Shown here piece by piece: positions 41,901 to 62,914 of a DNA stretch of 64,000 bases. Positions within the stretch are counted from its first letter, which is position 1; each line of letters starts with the position of its first letter. Below the pieces are notes generated by a model. It saw nothing but the letters and a program-made list of their open reading frames with translations, made no database searches and had not been told where the DNA came from. Source of the stretch: the human T2T-CHM13v2.0 reference genome, Homo sapiens; contig CP068257.2 of the NCBI GenBank assembly GCA_009914755.4, forward strand, positions 42,944,001 to 43,008,000. Direction: 5' to 3'. Made by a program: the position numbers and the translations under genes.

Positions 41901-43454
41901 AAGAAATATTGATAATGGGACTTGAATTATCTATGATTGAAGCGTATCATAAAGCTATGGCCTGAAAGAGCAGAACCAAATCCATAGCCCAAAATGGACC
42001 AGTTCAAAACTTTTCTATCCTGTCTGAAACCCAGTCCTATCCCCAGCGTTCCCACATGCAAGTCTGAGTGGACCTCGGGGAAGGCCGCGGGGAGCGGCAT
42101 GGCCTCTCTTTCCTTGCTCCCCTTCTCCCTGTTTTGGGCTCTAATTTCTTCAGTGATGGGGACGGGGGAAGGAATGTGCAGGGCCACCACTGTGGGGCTC
42201 ACTGGCCACTGCTGCACCTTCTCTCCGGCTGCTCCAGTGATCCTGTGCTTCTACCAGCTGCTTCAGTGAGGACCCACTTTAGAGACACCCCCAGGGACAG
42301 TAGCTGGAGGACTCTCTCCCTGGGACACCACACTTTGCGTAAGACTGAAGGGCCACCCCTGCCTCCACAGCCTCCTTCTTACAACCTGGGCAGCACTGGT
42401 GGGGTGTGGCAGCTGGCCATAGCTGGTCAACTTCTGTCTTATTTTAGAAACCCTGTGGGGACAGGTCTGACCCAGAATGTTAGCATTATTTTTAGAATGA
42501 GAGGCCGTTTCCAGCTTTGCCAGATTCACAGCAACAAAGACGTTCTACTCAACATCGTGTAATACGTCTTACTTTATAATGAAATATGCGTATGTGTACT
42601 TGAATTTTTAAATAAAAATGTGAAATCACAATCAATATTATAATTAGCTGCTGGGTAGCAATGTTCCTGGAAAGTGATCAGGGCCATTTTATAAGGCAAG
42701 AAGCTCGGGACTTCATCATGCCCTGTGGTGATAACAATTCATCATCAAAGATCATGCAGCCGTGAGAGTTGCCTGTGGCTGACCTGGGGGTGTGTGATGG
42801 GGCCTGTGGGCAGGGCTGGTGAGAAAAAGATGCTTGCAGTGCAGGGCACACGGAGGAGATGGCTCCAGCAGTGGCGAGGGCTGGCGGCTGCCTGCTGCCT
42901 AGCACAGCTACTTCACGGGTTCAGAACCCGAAACCACAGCCCACGATGCTGCCATTGTGCCTCAGCAAGGAGTGGGCTGAGCCCACGATCCCTGCCCTGG
43001 AACAGAGTCCTGCTGCCTCCCAAGCAAAGGACAGGGTGGGCAATGAACAGAGGGCAGGAGGCACAGAGGCCATGGGGATTAGAAATTGGCGAGTCCTGTG
43101 TCCTACAGCAGGGGAAGGACCATACTAGAGGAGGAGTTTGCACCACAGGAAATAATTCCTAAGGGCCGGCTTCCTGCAGAGGAAGCCCGTGTCCTGAGGC
43201 TGCTGGGGCCAGTGGCTGGACGATGCCCCAGCAACCAAAGATGGCCCCAGGCACATCCCACCCACATCCCACCCACCAGACGCCCACAGCCGTCCTTGCC
43301 TCCAGAACCCAGCTGGGATCAGGCCCACCCCAACTCCTGCCCCTGAGGTTCCACATGCAACAGACTATAGCCCAGGTGTGACAGGAGATTTGTGAGCTGG
43401 GCAATGTCACCAGCAAACAAACATCCCTAATCATGGCAGACGCCGCCTCTCAGC

Positions 43455-43511
43455 AACAAGGAAGGGGAAGCTGTGGGCCCTGGAACAACAAGGCCAGGAG
43501 GGGTATAAAAG
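43455..43511 (+). promoter_or_regulatory. KRTAP10-9: KRTAP10-9 proximal promoter: CAACAAGGAAGGGG motif (43455-43468) and TATAAAAG box (43504-43511)
   Basis: The TATA box is 101 bp upstream of the ATG. The upstream ~100 bp (43380-43512, also 42700-43440) is shared with KRTAP10-6. Confidence 0.75.
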
Positions 43512-43611
43512 CCTGAGAGCCCCAAGAACCTCACACACTCACAAACTCACTCACTGACACACTCACACACTCACTTACACCTCCCCCAGCTCACCTCCTC
43601 CCCACCCCAGC

Positions 43612-44490
43612 ATGGCCGCGTCCACCATGTCCATCCGCTCCAGCGCTTACTCCGACTCCTGGCAGGTGGACGACTGCCCAGAGAGCTGCTGTGAGCCCCC
43701 CTGCTGCGCCACCAGCTGCTGCGCCCCGGCCCCCTGCCTGACCCTGGTCTGCACCCCAGTGAGCCGTGTATCCAGCCCCTGCTGCCAGGTGACCTGTGAG
43801 CCCAGCCCCTGCCAATCAGGCTGCACCAGCTCCTGCACGCCCTCGTGCTGCCAGCAGTCTAGCTGCCAGCCGGCTTACTGCACCTCCTCCCCCTGCCAGC
43901 AGGCCTGCTGCGTGCCCGTCTGCTGCAAGCCTGTGTGCTGTGTGCCCGTCTGCTGTGGGGCTTCTTCGTGCTGCCAACAGTCTAGCTACCAGCCAGCTTG
44001 CTGTGCCTCTTCCTCCTGCCAGCCGGCCTGCTGTGTGCCCGTCTGCTGCAAACCTGTGTGCTGTGCGCCCACCTGCTCTGAGGATTCCTATTCATGCTGC
44101 CAACAGTCTAGCTGCCAGCCAGCTTGCTGCACTTCCTCCCCCTGCCAGCAGTCCTGCTGTGTGCCTGTCTGCTGTAAGCCTGTCTGCTGCAAACCCATCT
44201 GCTGTGTGCCTGTCTGCTCTGGGGCTTCCTCTCTGTGCTGCCAGCAGTCTGGCTGCCAGCCGGCTTGCTGCACCACCTCCTGCTGCAGACCCTCCTCCTC
44301 TGTGTCCCTCCTCTGCCGCCCTGTGTGCAGGCCCGCCTGCTGCGTGCCCGTCTCCTCCTGCTGTGCCCCCACCTCCTCCTGCCAGCCCAGCTATTGCCGC
44401 CAGGCCTCCTGTGTGTCCCTTCTCTGCCGCCCTGTGTGCTCCCGCCCTGCCTGCTACAGCTTCTCCTCAGGCCAGAAGTCCAGCTGCTGA
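43612..44490 (+). CDS. KRTAP10-9: Single-exon KAP10-family keratin-associated protein, 292 aa
   Basis: ORF begins [64 protein letters not shown]. Its 292-aa length matches my recollection of KRTAP10-9. Confidence 0.85.
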
Positions 44491-44803
44491 CGGCCATGTC
44501 CCCCAGGGCCAGCCGGGCTCAGGCCCCACCTCCCTGCCAGTCCTTGGACCTCCCAGCCCACCCAGCCTCAGCACAGCTCAACGCAGAAGGAGCAGCCCCA
44601 GCCACAGCCGCCCAGCCCCGGGGTCTCAGATGCTCACTGGCTCCTCCCTGACCTCCCCCCGGGCGGGCGAGCCCTGGCTGCTCCTCACTGTGCTTCCTGG
44701 CTGCAGACCACAACCCTCAGCTGGTCGCTGGTCGCTGGTTGGGGACGGGCCCTCCTGACCCGGGTCTCACCCCCAGCAGCGTCACCCTCTGCCTCTGAGC
44801 ACC

Positions 44804-44809
44804 AATAAA
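44804..44809 (+). terminator. KRTAP10-9: poly(A) signal AATAAA for KRTAP10-9
   Basis: gagcaccaataaagcgtctgcgg, about 310 nt after the stop codon. Confidence 0.7.
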
Positions 44810-46714
44810 GCGTCTGCGGCCCCAGCTGACTCCGTGCTGACTCTCCGCACCCAGGGCGGGAGGGAGCAGAGTGGGGCCTGGCCTGGCTCTGGGGGGCTGG
44901 GCCCCGTGGATCTCTTTACTTCCCCAGCTGGGGGGCCTCGGGGGGCTCTTGTGTGACACCTGGAAGCTCCTGTCCACCTCGTGGCACGTTCTGCTGTCCG
45001 GCTCCCCTCCCAGGTCCTGTGGGGCCCAAAAGCCTTGTTCACTGGCTGAGTCCCACAGACACCACGTGACTCAGGCCAACGCCCCACGCACTGTGGGTAG
45101 AAGCAGCTCCTTCCCATGGCAAGGGTTGGGGCTGTCCCGGGGGGTGGCAGGCCCCAGCTGTGCTGGGAGGTGGGAGACGGGCGGTAGGGGGTGGGTGTGG
45201 AGACTTGGGCTCCAGCTGTCCCAGCACTCAGGAGTTCCACTCGGAGAGAGCTTGGCCATCCTGGCCTCCTGTGGACACTCACAGACGCTCAGGGATGGCC
45301 CCTGCTCCAGCCCTGGGCTTGCCGCTGGGATGCAGAGCAGAGAACAGACACGTGGTCTCCAGAGCTCCCTGTGCTGGGCTGGGTGGGTGGAGGGCCGGGT
45401 GGGAACAGGAAGGTCTCAGGGCGGCGATGACAGAGGAGTCCCAGGACAGTGTGGGAATGTGTCCAGACCAGACAGCAGGAAGGAGGCCTCCTGGGGGTAG
45501 TTTCTTAGCTCCTGCCATGGGAGACAGGCAGATGGCCAGAGCCACACTGTCCCCTCCAGTCCTCACCCACACCCCCCACACTGGTGACCCGGGGCTGCGA
45601 TGCCGCCCACTCTTCTCGCCTTAGGAGAGCATAGTCGGGTTTGGGGGCCTCGGCCATACCCTGTGGGCACAAAGGACCCCCACACCTGAGAGGAGCTGCA
45701 TGTGTCAGCTCAGGCTGCTGTGACAAAGTCCACGGACTGGGGGCTCGAGCCACACACATGGGGTCCCTCACAGTCCTGGGGCTGGAAATTGAGGCCCAGG
45801 TGTGGCAGGGCTGGTTCCCGAAGACTCTCTCTTGGGCTTGCAGACACAGTCTTCTCCCTGTGTCCTTACGGGGCTGTCCCTCTGTGTGTGTCTCTGCCCT
45901 CATCTCTTCTTCTCAAGAGGACACCAGTCATTGGATTAGGGCCCATCCATAGGACCTTAACTTAGGACTTCAACATGTGAATTCGGGGGCATCACAAGTC
46001 AGCCCATATCAGGGGGCTCTGGCTTTGGCCCTTGAGGCAGGAGTGAGGGTGGCAGTGAGGCCACCTGTGCCTCGAAGATCCCCAGTGGGGCCTGGCTGGG
46101 GCAGACGCTCCCTGTCCATAAACTGCAGCGATGGACATTTGGACAGAGACACGACCCTCGGGGAAATTCTGCTCACATGGACTCCTTCACCTGCTGAACA
46201 ACGCTGTCCAGAGGCCTCAGACACCCACCAAATGGTTCCTGTTTAGGCATCCTGTTGTCCCCAGTGCCTGGCTCATAAGGGGAACTCTCACTGGTCCCAC
46301 CGCAGGAGGCACGGCTCGCTTCCAGAAGGGGAAGGTGGGGATGGAGCGCAGGCCAGGCAGCTGTGCTGGAAGAGACAGGCCACACAGGGATGGGTGCAGG
46401 GAAAGTGGGGGCCACAGGGCTGTCGCGGGGGTCAGGAGCATCTTGCACAGGCTTCCTGAGTGGTATGGAGAGTGACCTAGGGCTTCAGGGGCCGTGGTAC
46501 ACACACTCACAGTGATAGAAACCAACTCAGGATTTAGGAATGGGAGTTCTTGGAGACCTTGATGAGGGGCTTTCCAGTCACATTCTGTGGGCAGGGGCAT
46601 CCTGTGGTGGGCAGAGGGGGAACAAGCACTGGGGAAGTGAAATGTGAAGGTAAATAATTTCTTCTCTAAAGATCTAACAGAACAAGGCAGGAGAGGAGCA
46701 CAGTAGTGACGGCT

Positions 46715-48900
<2,186 letters not shown>

Positions 48901-49004
48901 AGAGTTTATTGCCAGTAGGCCTGCCCTACAAGAAATGACAGCTCAGGATGAAATCAAAGGGCACTAGACAATAACTTGAAGCCATATTAAGAAATAAAGA
49001 ACTG

Positions 49005-49312
49005 GCTGGGCACAGTGGCTCACGCCTGTAATCCCAGCACTTTGGGAGGCTGAGGCGGGCAGATCAGAAGGTCAAGGGTTTGAGACCAGCCTGGCCAACA
49101 TAGTGAAACTCCATCTCTGCTAAAAATACACACACAAAAAAAAATAGCTGAGTGTGGTGGTGGGCACCTGTAATCCCAGCTAGTTGGGAGGCTGAGGCAA
49201 GGAGAATCACTTGAACCTGGGAGGCAGAGGTTGCAGTGAGCCAAGATCGTGCCACTGCTCTCCAGCCTGGGTGGCAGTGCGAGACTCCATCTCAAAAAGA
49301 AAAAGAAGAAAA
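49005..49312 (+). mobile_element. Alu SINE
   Basis: ggctgggcacagtggctcacgcctgtaatcccagcactttgggaggctgaggcgggcagatc … ccatctcaaaaagaaaaag. Confidence 0.95.
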
Positions 49313-49329
49313 GAAATAAAGAACACTAA

Positions 49330-50340
49330 TAAAGGTATCAGTTTTGGTAGTTTGTATGTTAATAGGAATTTATCCATTACATCTAGGTTATCTACATTAT
49401 GAATGTATTTAATATCACTAAACATGCTTAAATGGAATAAATTTTATTGATTTTATGTGTTAGTGTACAATTGTTCATATATTCTCTTATAGTCTTTTTT
49501 ATCTATATAGGTCAGCAGTAATGTTCCCACTTTCATTTCTGATTTTAATAATTAGAGCCTTCTCTTTTTTCTCAGTCTAGTTAAAGGTTTGTAAATTTTA
49601 TTGTTGCTTTCAAAAAACTAATTTTAGGCTTCGTTGGTTCCATTGTTTTTCTATTCTCAATTTCTTTATTTGCTCCCTGTATTCTACATATAATCTTTAT
49701 TTTCTTCCTTCTTCTAGGTTTTGGTTTAGTTTGCTCTTCCTTTTCCTGGTTCCTTAAGGTGTGAAGTTAGATTACTGAATTGAGATCTTTCTTGTTTTTT
49801 AATATAAGCATTTATAGCTACAAATTTCCCTCCATAAACTGTTTTGCTGTATCCCATAAGTTTTGGTTTGTTATATTGTCACTGTCATTTATCCCATAGT
49901 ATTTTCTAACTTCTCTTTTGATTTATTCTTCAATCAACTGGTTGTTATAAGTATGTGTTGTTTAATTGCCACATATTTGTGAATTTTCCAGTTTTCCTTC
50001 TGTTATTGATTTCTAATTCCCACTGTGGTCAGAGAAGATACATTATATGATTTCAATAATTTTAAATTTATTGAGACTTGTTTTTTGGACTAACATATGG
50101 TCTAATCTGGAGAACTGAGAAGAATTTGTATTCTGCTGTTGTTGGGTTGAATGTTTTATACACGGCCATATTAGATCTAGCTTGTTTATAGTGTTCTTCA
50201 AGTTCTCTATTTCGTTATTGATCTTTGATCTAGTTCTATTTAAAAATTTTTTTTAATCAGTGGAAGTGACTTATTGAAGTCTTCAAATATTATTGTTGAA
50301 CTGGAATTGCCTATTTCTTTCTTCTCTTCTTTCCATTTAT
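49330..50340 (-). mobile_element. L1 ORF2 segment in inverted orientation (paralog of 36870-37860)
   Basis: ggtagtttgtatgttaataggaatttatccattacatctaggttatc… is homologous to 36851-36900. Confidence 0.6.
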
Positions 50341-50373
50341 GCTTGATATATCTTGGGGGTCTGATGTTTGTTA

Positions 50374-50706
<333 letters not shown>

Positions 50707-50709
50707 TTA

Positions 50710-52290
<1,581 letters not shown>

Positions 52291-53713
52291 CAAGGGTTTC
52301 TAAGAATGAAGCCCCTCGCTCTGCAATGCTGGATATTATCAGCATTTTAAATCTTGTTTGCTCTTACAGGTGGGAGACGTGTGTTTAAACCTGAGAAACT
52401 TTAGTTATTAATGAGATCAACTAGCTGTTCATCTCATTCATGCTTATTGGAAATTTAAAATTTTTAGTCTTCTATTCATTTCTTTTGTATCTTATCCTGT
52501 TTTAGTGGTAAGGACTTCAAATTTTTCACATTAATCTTCCACCTGTCATGGAGATTACAAGTACTTTCTGGCAGTTCATATCTTCATTTGTGTACCCAAT
52601 GATTCCTTCAGGGCTGTGATGGGAACGTCGTGGATGCTGAGCTGAGCTGAGGCATGTGGACCGGTCTCCAGCACCCAACCCTGCCGGGTTTCCAGGGGAC
52701 ATACGTTGTATGTGTTCTGGTCAAGGTTTATGCTTTCGTTCACATCTGACCCTCTGACATTCCACTGGGCATTTTATACTTGGGTCTGCTGGCTGACGGG
52801 CTTCCTTTCCCATTGTATTTCCACACTGTCATGGCAGGGGTACAGGTAGGAGGTGCTGGGTGCAGTGACTTTGTCTCTCATCCAGCCCTTCAGTGAGCGT
52901 GGCCTGGGACAGTCACTCTGATCCTAGGTGGACAATGATGTCACCTACAGATACTAGAAATTCACATCACATTTCAACATCTTGGCATGTGGCTTCAGCC
53001 AAAGTGCAAACATAGAGTAAGACCAGGCGTCCGGGCAGTGGGGCTGACTGTGGCCCCATCTGACACTTTTCTCATCCAGACCCCAAGTATCCTCCACTCT
53101 CCACGCAACCCTCACTCCACACCTGCCTCTCCAAGGTAGAGGCCCCTCCCCACCCTCAGACCCTGACCTGCACCCGCCCCTCTCAGGACACCTGACCAGG
53201 GCTCCAGGGGATGGCAGTCCAGACCCAAAGGCCAGTCCCCAAACCTTGTCCTCCTAATGAGCTGACTGTCCAGAGGCCTTGCCAGAACATTCCATCTCCT
53301 CAGAGGAGGGGAGGTCCACCCTGTCCTCCTGCCCTTGGCAGACATCAGGATCTCAGAAGATCCCAGAGCCCGCCAGGAAGCGCTGTCTTCAAGCATCTTT
53401 TCCCAACACAGGCACCTCCGTCCTGGCTCTCCCAATCTCAGCCACGCCAGCCCACCCCGTGAGGTCCCTGCAGACAGAGGCTGGGCCTCCCCCAGGCTGA
53501 GGGCCCACGCTGGGCACAGTCACGGGACCTGCCAGGTGGAAGTCACCAGGTCAGCCCCAGAGAGGCCACACCTTCCCTCCTGGTGTTCCCGGGAGACAGG
53601 CTCAGCCAGGGGCGCCGGTCCTGCCCAGGACCAGCCAAGTGTTAGGAGCAGAGTGAGGACAAGTCATGGCAAAGGAAGCAGAAATAATGAGGGTCCTCCC
53701 GGCTCCAAACACC

Positions 53714-53779
53714 AACACGGAAGGGGAGGGCATTGCTGAGTCTCCTGCTGGGAAAACACAGGCCCTGGGCATATAAAAG
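53714..53779 (+). promoter_or_regulatory. KRTAP10-10: KRTAP10-10 proximal promoter: CAACACGGAAGGGGA motif (53714-53728) and TATAAAAG box (53772-53779)
   Basis: The TATA box is 90 bp upstream of the ATG, with a CACTCA-rich leader at 53790-53840. Confidence 0.75.
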
Positions 53780-53868
53780 CCCCAGCAGCTGACAGGCTCA
53801 CACACACACTCACTCACACACTCACTCACTCACACACCTCCCCCAGCTCACCGCCTCCCCACTCCAGC

Positions 53869-54624
53869 ATGGCCGCCTCCACCATGTCCATCTGCTCCAG
53901 CGCCTGCACTGACTCTTGGCGGGTGGACGACTGCCCAGAGAGCTGCTGCGCCCCCAGCTGCTGTGCCCCAGCCCCCAGCTTGACCCTGGTCTGCACCCCA
54001 GTGAGCTGTGTGTCCAGCCCCTGCTGCCAGACGGCCTGTGAGCCCAGCGCCTGCCAATCAGGCTACACCAGCTCCTGCACACCCCCATGCTACCAGCAGT
54101 CTAGCTGCCAGCCGGATTGCTGCTCCTCCTCCCCCTGCCAGCAGGCCTGCTGTGTGCCTGTCTGCTGTGTGCCCGTCTGCTGCGTGCCCGTCTGTAACAA
54201 GCCTGTGTGCTTCGTGCCTACCTGCTCCGAGTCTTCCCCTTCATGCTGCCAGCAGTCTAGCTGCCAGCCAACTTGCTGCACCTCCTCCCCATGCCAGCAG
54301 GCCTGCTGTGTGCCTGTCTGCTCTAAGTCCGTCTGCTATATGCCTGTGTGCTCTGGGGCTTCCACTTCATGCTGCCAGCAGTCTAGCTGCCAGCCTGCTT
54401 GCTGCACCGCCTCCTGCTGCAGACCCTCCTCCTCCGTGTCCCTCCTCTGCCACCCTGTGTGCAAGTCCACCTGCTGCGTGCCCGTCCCCTCTTGCGGTGC
54501 CTCTGCCTCCTCCTGCCAGCCCAGCTGCTGCCGCACGGCCTCCTGTGTTTCCCTCCTCTGCCGCCCCGTGTGCTCCCGCCCTGCCTGCTACAGCCTCTGC
54601 TCTGGCCAGAAGTCCAGCTGCTGA
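53869..54624 (+). CDS. KRTAP10-10: Single-exon KAP10-family keratin-associated protein, 251 aa
   Basis: ORF begins [70 protein letters not shown]. Its 251-aa length matches my recollection of KRTAP10-10. Confidence 0.85.
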   Translation: MAASTMSICSSACTDSWRVDDCPESCCAPSCCAPAPSLTLVCTPVSCVSSPCCQTACEPSACQSGYTSSCTPPCYQQSSCQPDCCSSSPCQQACCVPVCCVPVCCVPVCNKPVCFVPTCSESSPSCCQQSSCQPTCCTSSPCQQACCVPVCSKSVCYMPVCSGASTSCCQQSSCQPACCTASCCRPSSSVSLLCHPVCKSTCCVPVPSCGASASSCQPSCCRTASCVSLLCRPVCSRPACYSLCSGQKSSC

Positions 54625-54879
54625 CAGCCCTGGATGTGATCCGGAGTCCCTTCCCACCAGGGGCTGACCTCCCAGCTGCCCCAGCAAGCTCTGCCCTCTC
54701 TGGCTTTGACACCCTCAGAAGGTGGGGCAGGCTCTTTGTCTTGGGGACCAGGATGCTCCCCCTGTCCTTCCCAGATGCTGGCTGCATGAGAGACCCCAGC
54801 TACTCCCCCAGACCCAAGTTCTGCAGAACTAACCCCCAGCAGGCCTGGTTCCACCCTGGGCAGCACCCCCTCTAGTTCT

Positions 54880-54885
54880 AATAAA
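54880..54885 (+). terminator. KRTAP10-10: poly(A) signal AATAAA for KRTAP10-10
   Basis: ctctagttctaataaagccgcc, 256 nt after the stop codon. The 3'UTR is about 99% identical to the KRTAP10-6 3'UTR (7553-7807, reverse complement). Confidence 0.75.
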
Positions 54886-56469
54886 GCCGCCTCTGTCTCA
54901 CACCAACCTCTGTCCTGTCTGTGGACCCCCGGGGGGGCACAGGGTGAGGTGGGAAGTGATGCCACCCCTGACTGCAGGGAGAGTCCTGACGCCCAGCAGG
55001 CCTGGCTCCACCCCTCTGTCTCTGTCGACCTTCCATCCTGTCTGTGGACCCCCGAGGGGCATGGGATGAGGCAGGAAGCAATGCCTTCTGGTGCTGGCCT
55101 CTGTGAACCCTGAAGGCCAGTCTCCCTCTTAGCCCCGTGGGCCCCCAACCCCAGCACGTGGCCCCCCGGCCCATCTTAGGAAAGCTGCCTCTGGAACCAA
55201 GGCCAGGAGTTTCGGGACAAAATGGACCCTGGCAGCACTCTGGGCCCCTGAGCCACATTCACCCTCCCCAGCTCCATGGCTGCCCCCCAGGCCTGGGGTA
55301 GACCACCTGGGGCCTGGCTCCACCCAGCAGCCTCACCCCTCCTGTTACCCCTGGGGAGACCAGCTATGGACCACAGTGCCCATCCCTGCAGCCCTCATCT
55401 CCTCCACAGTAAGACATTGGGACCACGCCCTCCCCCAGGACTCGAGCCCAGCAGCCCAGTATTCATGGGGTTCTGGAATACCCATTGCTCAGGCATCGCT
55501 GGCGAGAGCACAGATGGGCAGGGACCATGGCACCCACTAACCAAGCCTGCGGGCCCCCCTGCCCCATGCGGCCTCACCTAGACATTCAGGGTCCTGGCTC
55601 CCTTTTGGTCCCGTGGTCCTGGACTCTGACCCCGAGGACCCTGTCCCCGCACCCCCAGCCTCCCAGGTCTCTCCCAAATAGCCCTCAGCTCTGCCTGCCA
55701 CCCTCCGTCCCAGATGCCACGTCGGGGAAGTGGCACAAGCTGCTGCACTCTTTCCGCCAGGTCGCTGTGCGCATTTGAGAGCGCACGTCCGGCTCCAGCA
55801 AATGACCCTTGCGTGTCAATGACAGAGGCCGCCAGCCCCAGCACCAGGACCTCCCGGAGTCCCACCCCACAGAGCTCCCTGTGGTCAGCACAGCCGCCTC
55901 GCTCACTCCCCTCGAGGCAGATCACCCAGGACAACCAGCAGCAGCCGTCCCCAGGGCTGGTGGCCAAACTGACACAGCCTTGTCCACCTCCTTGGAAGCA
56001 AAGCCAAGTCCCCATGAAAGGACAAATGGGGGCCTCCAGGGACAGAGATGTTTGTCCAAAAACCTGCCCCGGTTTTTGGGGCAGCTGGCAGGGGCCGAGC
56101 CTTCATCCTAGGTCTCCGGGGCCATCCTCGGGAGGGGCTCCCCACACATGCATGTCTGAGCCCCACATCACTGTGCTCACTGATGGCCACAGGGTCAGAA
56201 CAGAGAGCCAGGAGGAGGGCCCGGGGCTGGCTCTCTGACCTCCTCCACATTTGCCATTGTCCCCACCTTCCCTGTCCAAGGCACCGACAGGACCCAGCCT
56301 GTCTGGCCGTCCCCAGGGAGGATACCTCCTGGTGGGGGGTCTCAGCTCTGACTCCTACTCTGGGTCCTCATTCGATGTGTCTTCTGCCTCATCAGAGCTT
56401 CAACCCCCAGTGAAAGCACCTTGGAAAACAGTTCCTCAAAATGTCACTCACTGTGTGACCCTGTGACCC

Positions 56470-60150
<3,681 letters not shown>

Positions 60151-61803
60151 CACATTCACACACATACACACACACATACACAAACAAACTCACTCCTTCC
60201 TTAAAAGCCTGAGGCAAAATTCATGATAAACTAAAGTAGGAAAACACTGCATGCACGAGACCAAGGCTGTGCGACAAAGCAGCAAACATCGGCTTAGTGC
60301 GGAGTTGCGGGAAGCATTTCTGTTAACTTTGGAAACAAGACCAGAGGGCTGCTGTCATCGCGTCTCCAGCATTGTGCTGGGCAGCCAGCCACGACGAAAG
60401 GGAGTCAAATAAAACAAAAGACTATGTTTTGGAAAAGAAGAATCCAAATGTGTGTCACTTGCAGAAGACCTGGCCGTGGGCCACCCTGCCCTCCAGACTC
60501 ACATCCCCTCCCGGCACCTCCCTCTCCCAGCCAGGGCCATTTAATCCCTGCCATTCAACTCACTCAGATCCCCAGAGTGTCTGCTTGATTTAAGAAATGG
60601 TTTGATCATTTGATTGTCCACAGAAGCTGCCCTGCTGGCCCCCAGTGGAAAGTTCCATGATCCAAAAAGTCATGTCTCCAGTGAGTCCAGGGCTCTACAG
60701 TTGCACCTCATGTTGTGGCTGACGTAAAAAGACTGTACGTGCACTGTGTGTGTCTGTAGTACATCCACTAATACGATGTCACCCTAGACTTCCTGGCTTT
60801 CCTATCATCTCCTGAAAGCATCACCAAGTCCTTCAGTCCCAGAAAGCGGATTAAGCACACAGATCTCACACACCTGTACTAATAATCACTGAAAGGATAT
60901 TTAAAGAGTTATAAAAAATGAAATCAAAATTATCTAACAAAAACGGGAGGCTCAGCAGGGTCCTTCATATGTTTGTAGAAAAGAGAAGCAGACAGAAACA
61001 GGTTAGGGAGTAAATTGGAGCAGGACCCTAATGCACTGGAATAAAATAGTCTTTTATTCAGAAAACTGAATGAACTGCCACCAATGAGCAGACTATCTGA
61101 TGTCCAATGAAACAAGAAAAAAACATTTAAAAACTCAAAGTAACATCATCAGAGTGAATGGATAACATATTTCATTCATCACAAGATGAAATAAAAAGTC
61201 ATAAAAAGAGAGACCAGGAAAGATGAAATTATTATTAAAAATGGAAAAACACTTCGGAGATAAGTCTTTATATTGAAAGGCTCAATAAGTTCTAACCACA
61301 GAAAGTAAAATAATGCATTAGCCTAGAAACAAAAGCGTGACACTTTAGAACAATAAAAAGAAACCCAAATGCTCCCAGAGAGTTAAGGAAAGAGAGAGAG
61401 AAACTAAAAAATGACAAATGACCAGTATCAGACTGTCATCAGCAACACTGGACATCACAAAAAAATGGTGACATGTGTTCATCATTTTGAGGAAAAGTAA
61501 TTTAAAACCAGAATTTTATACCCAGCTAAACTATCATTATAAATGTGAGGATAAAGTTGACATATTTTCAGACAAGCAAGGAATCTTAAAATGTATGTCC
61601 TAAAATCACCATATATGAAAAAGTACTTGATCTTTCACCAAGGCAAAATGAAAATTGAAATAATCCAGAGTGCAGCTTCAAATAAAACAAAGAGCCTCTG
61701 AGGGTGGCATGGAAGAGCTGAAGAGACAAAAATAAAGCTTGGATCCACCAGCTACTGAATCTCTGAGCATTCTCCTTACAAGGTGTGAGGGATCGAAGGG
61801 AGG

Positions 61804-62106
61804 GCCACTTAGCTTTTTTTTTTTTTTTGAGACAGAGTCTTGCTCTGTCACCTAGGCTGGGGTGCAATGGTGCAATCTCAGCTCACTGCAACCTCCACCT
61901 CCTGGGTTCAAGAATTCTCCTGCCTCAGCCTAAGTAGCTGGGACTACAGGCACATGCCACCATGCCTGGCTAATTTTTTGTATTTTTAGTAGAGACCGGG
62001 TTTCACCATGCTGGCCAGGCTGGTCTCAAACTCCTGACCTCGTGATCCACCCACCTCAGCCCCCCAAAGTACTGGGATTAGAGGCATGAGTCACCACGCT
62101 CAGCCA
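61804..62106 (-). mobile_element. Alu SINE
   Basis: A poly-T run is followed by gagacagagtcttgctctgtcacctaggctggggtgcaatggtg and ends …gggattagaggcatgagtcaccacgctcagcc. Confidence 0.95.
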
Positions 62107-62311
62107 GCTTCCTCTTATCTTATCGTCTGTGCCGTTTTTATTTCATATGAAGTGTACATTTTTCTCCACGTTTATGTTTTAAGATGCTAAAAGTAATAAA
62201 ATATATCTAATCATAACAGAAACAGGATAGGTGGAAACAGAATTGCTTCCTTTGGAGAAACGTTCATCTCTAAAACCTCAACTCAACAAAAGCTTGCTTG
62301 AAATATTTTCC

Positions 62312-62824
<513 letters not shown>

Positions 62825-62914
62825 CCACAGCCCTGAGCACCTCACTCACTCACTCACTCACACACTCACACACTCACTTACACCTCCCCCAGCTCACCTC
62901 CTCCCCACCCCAGC

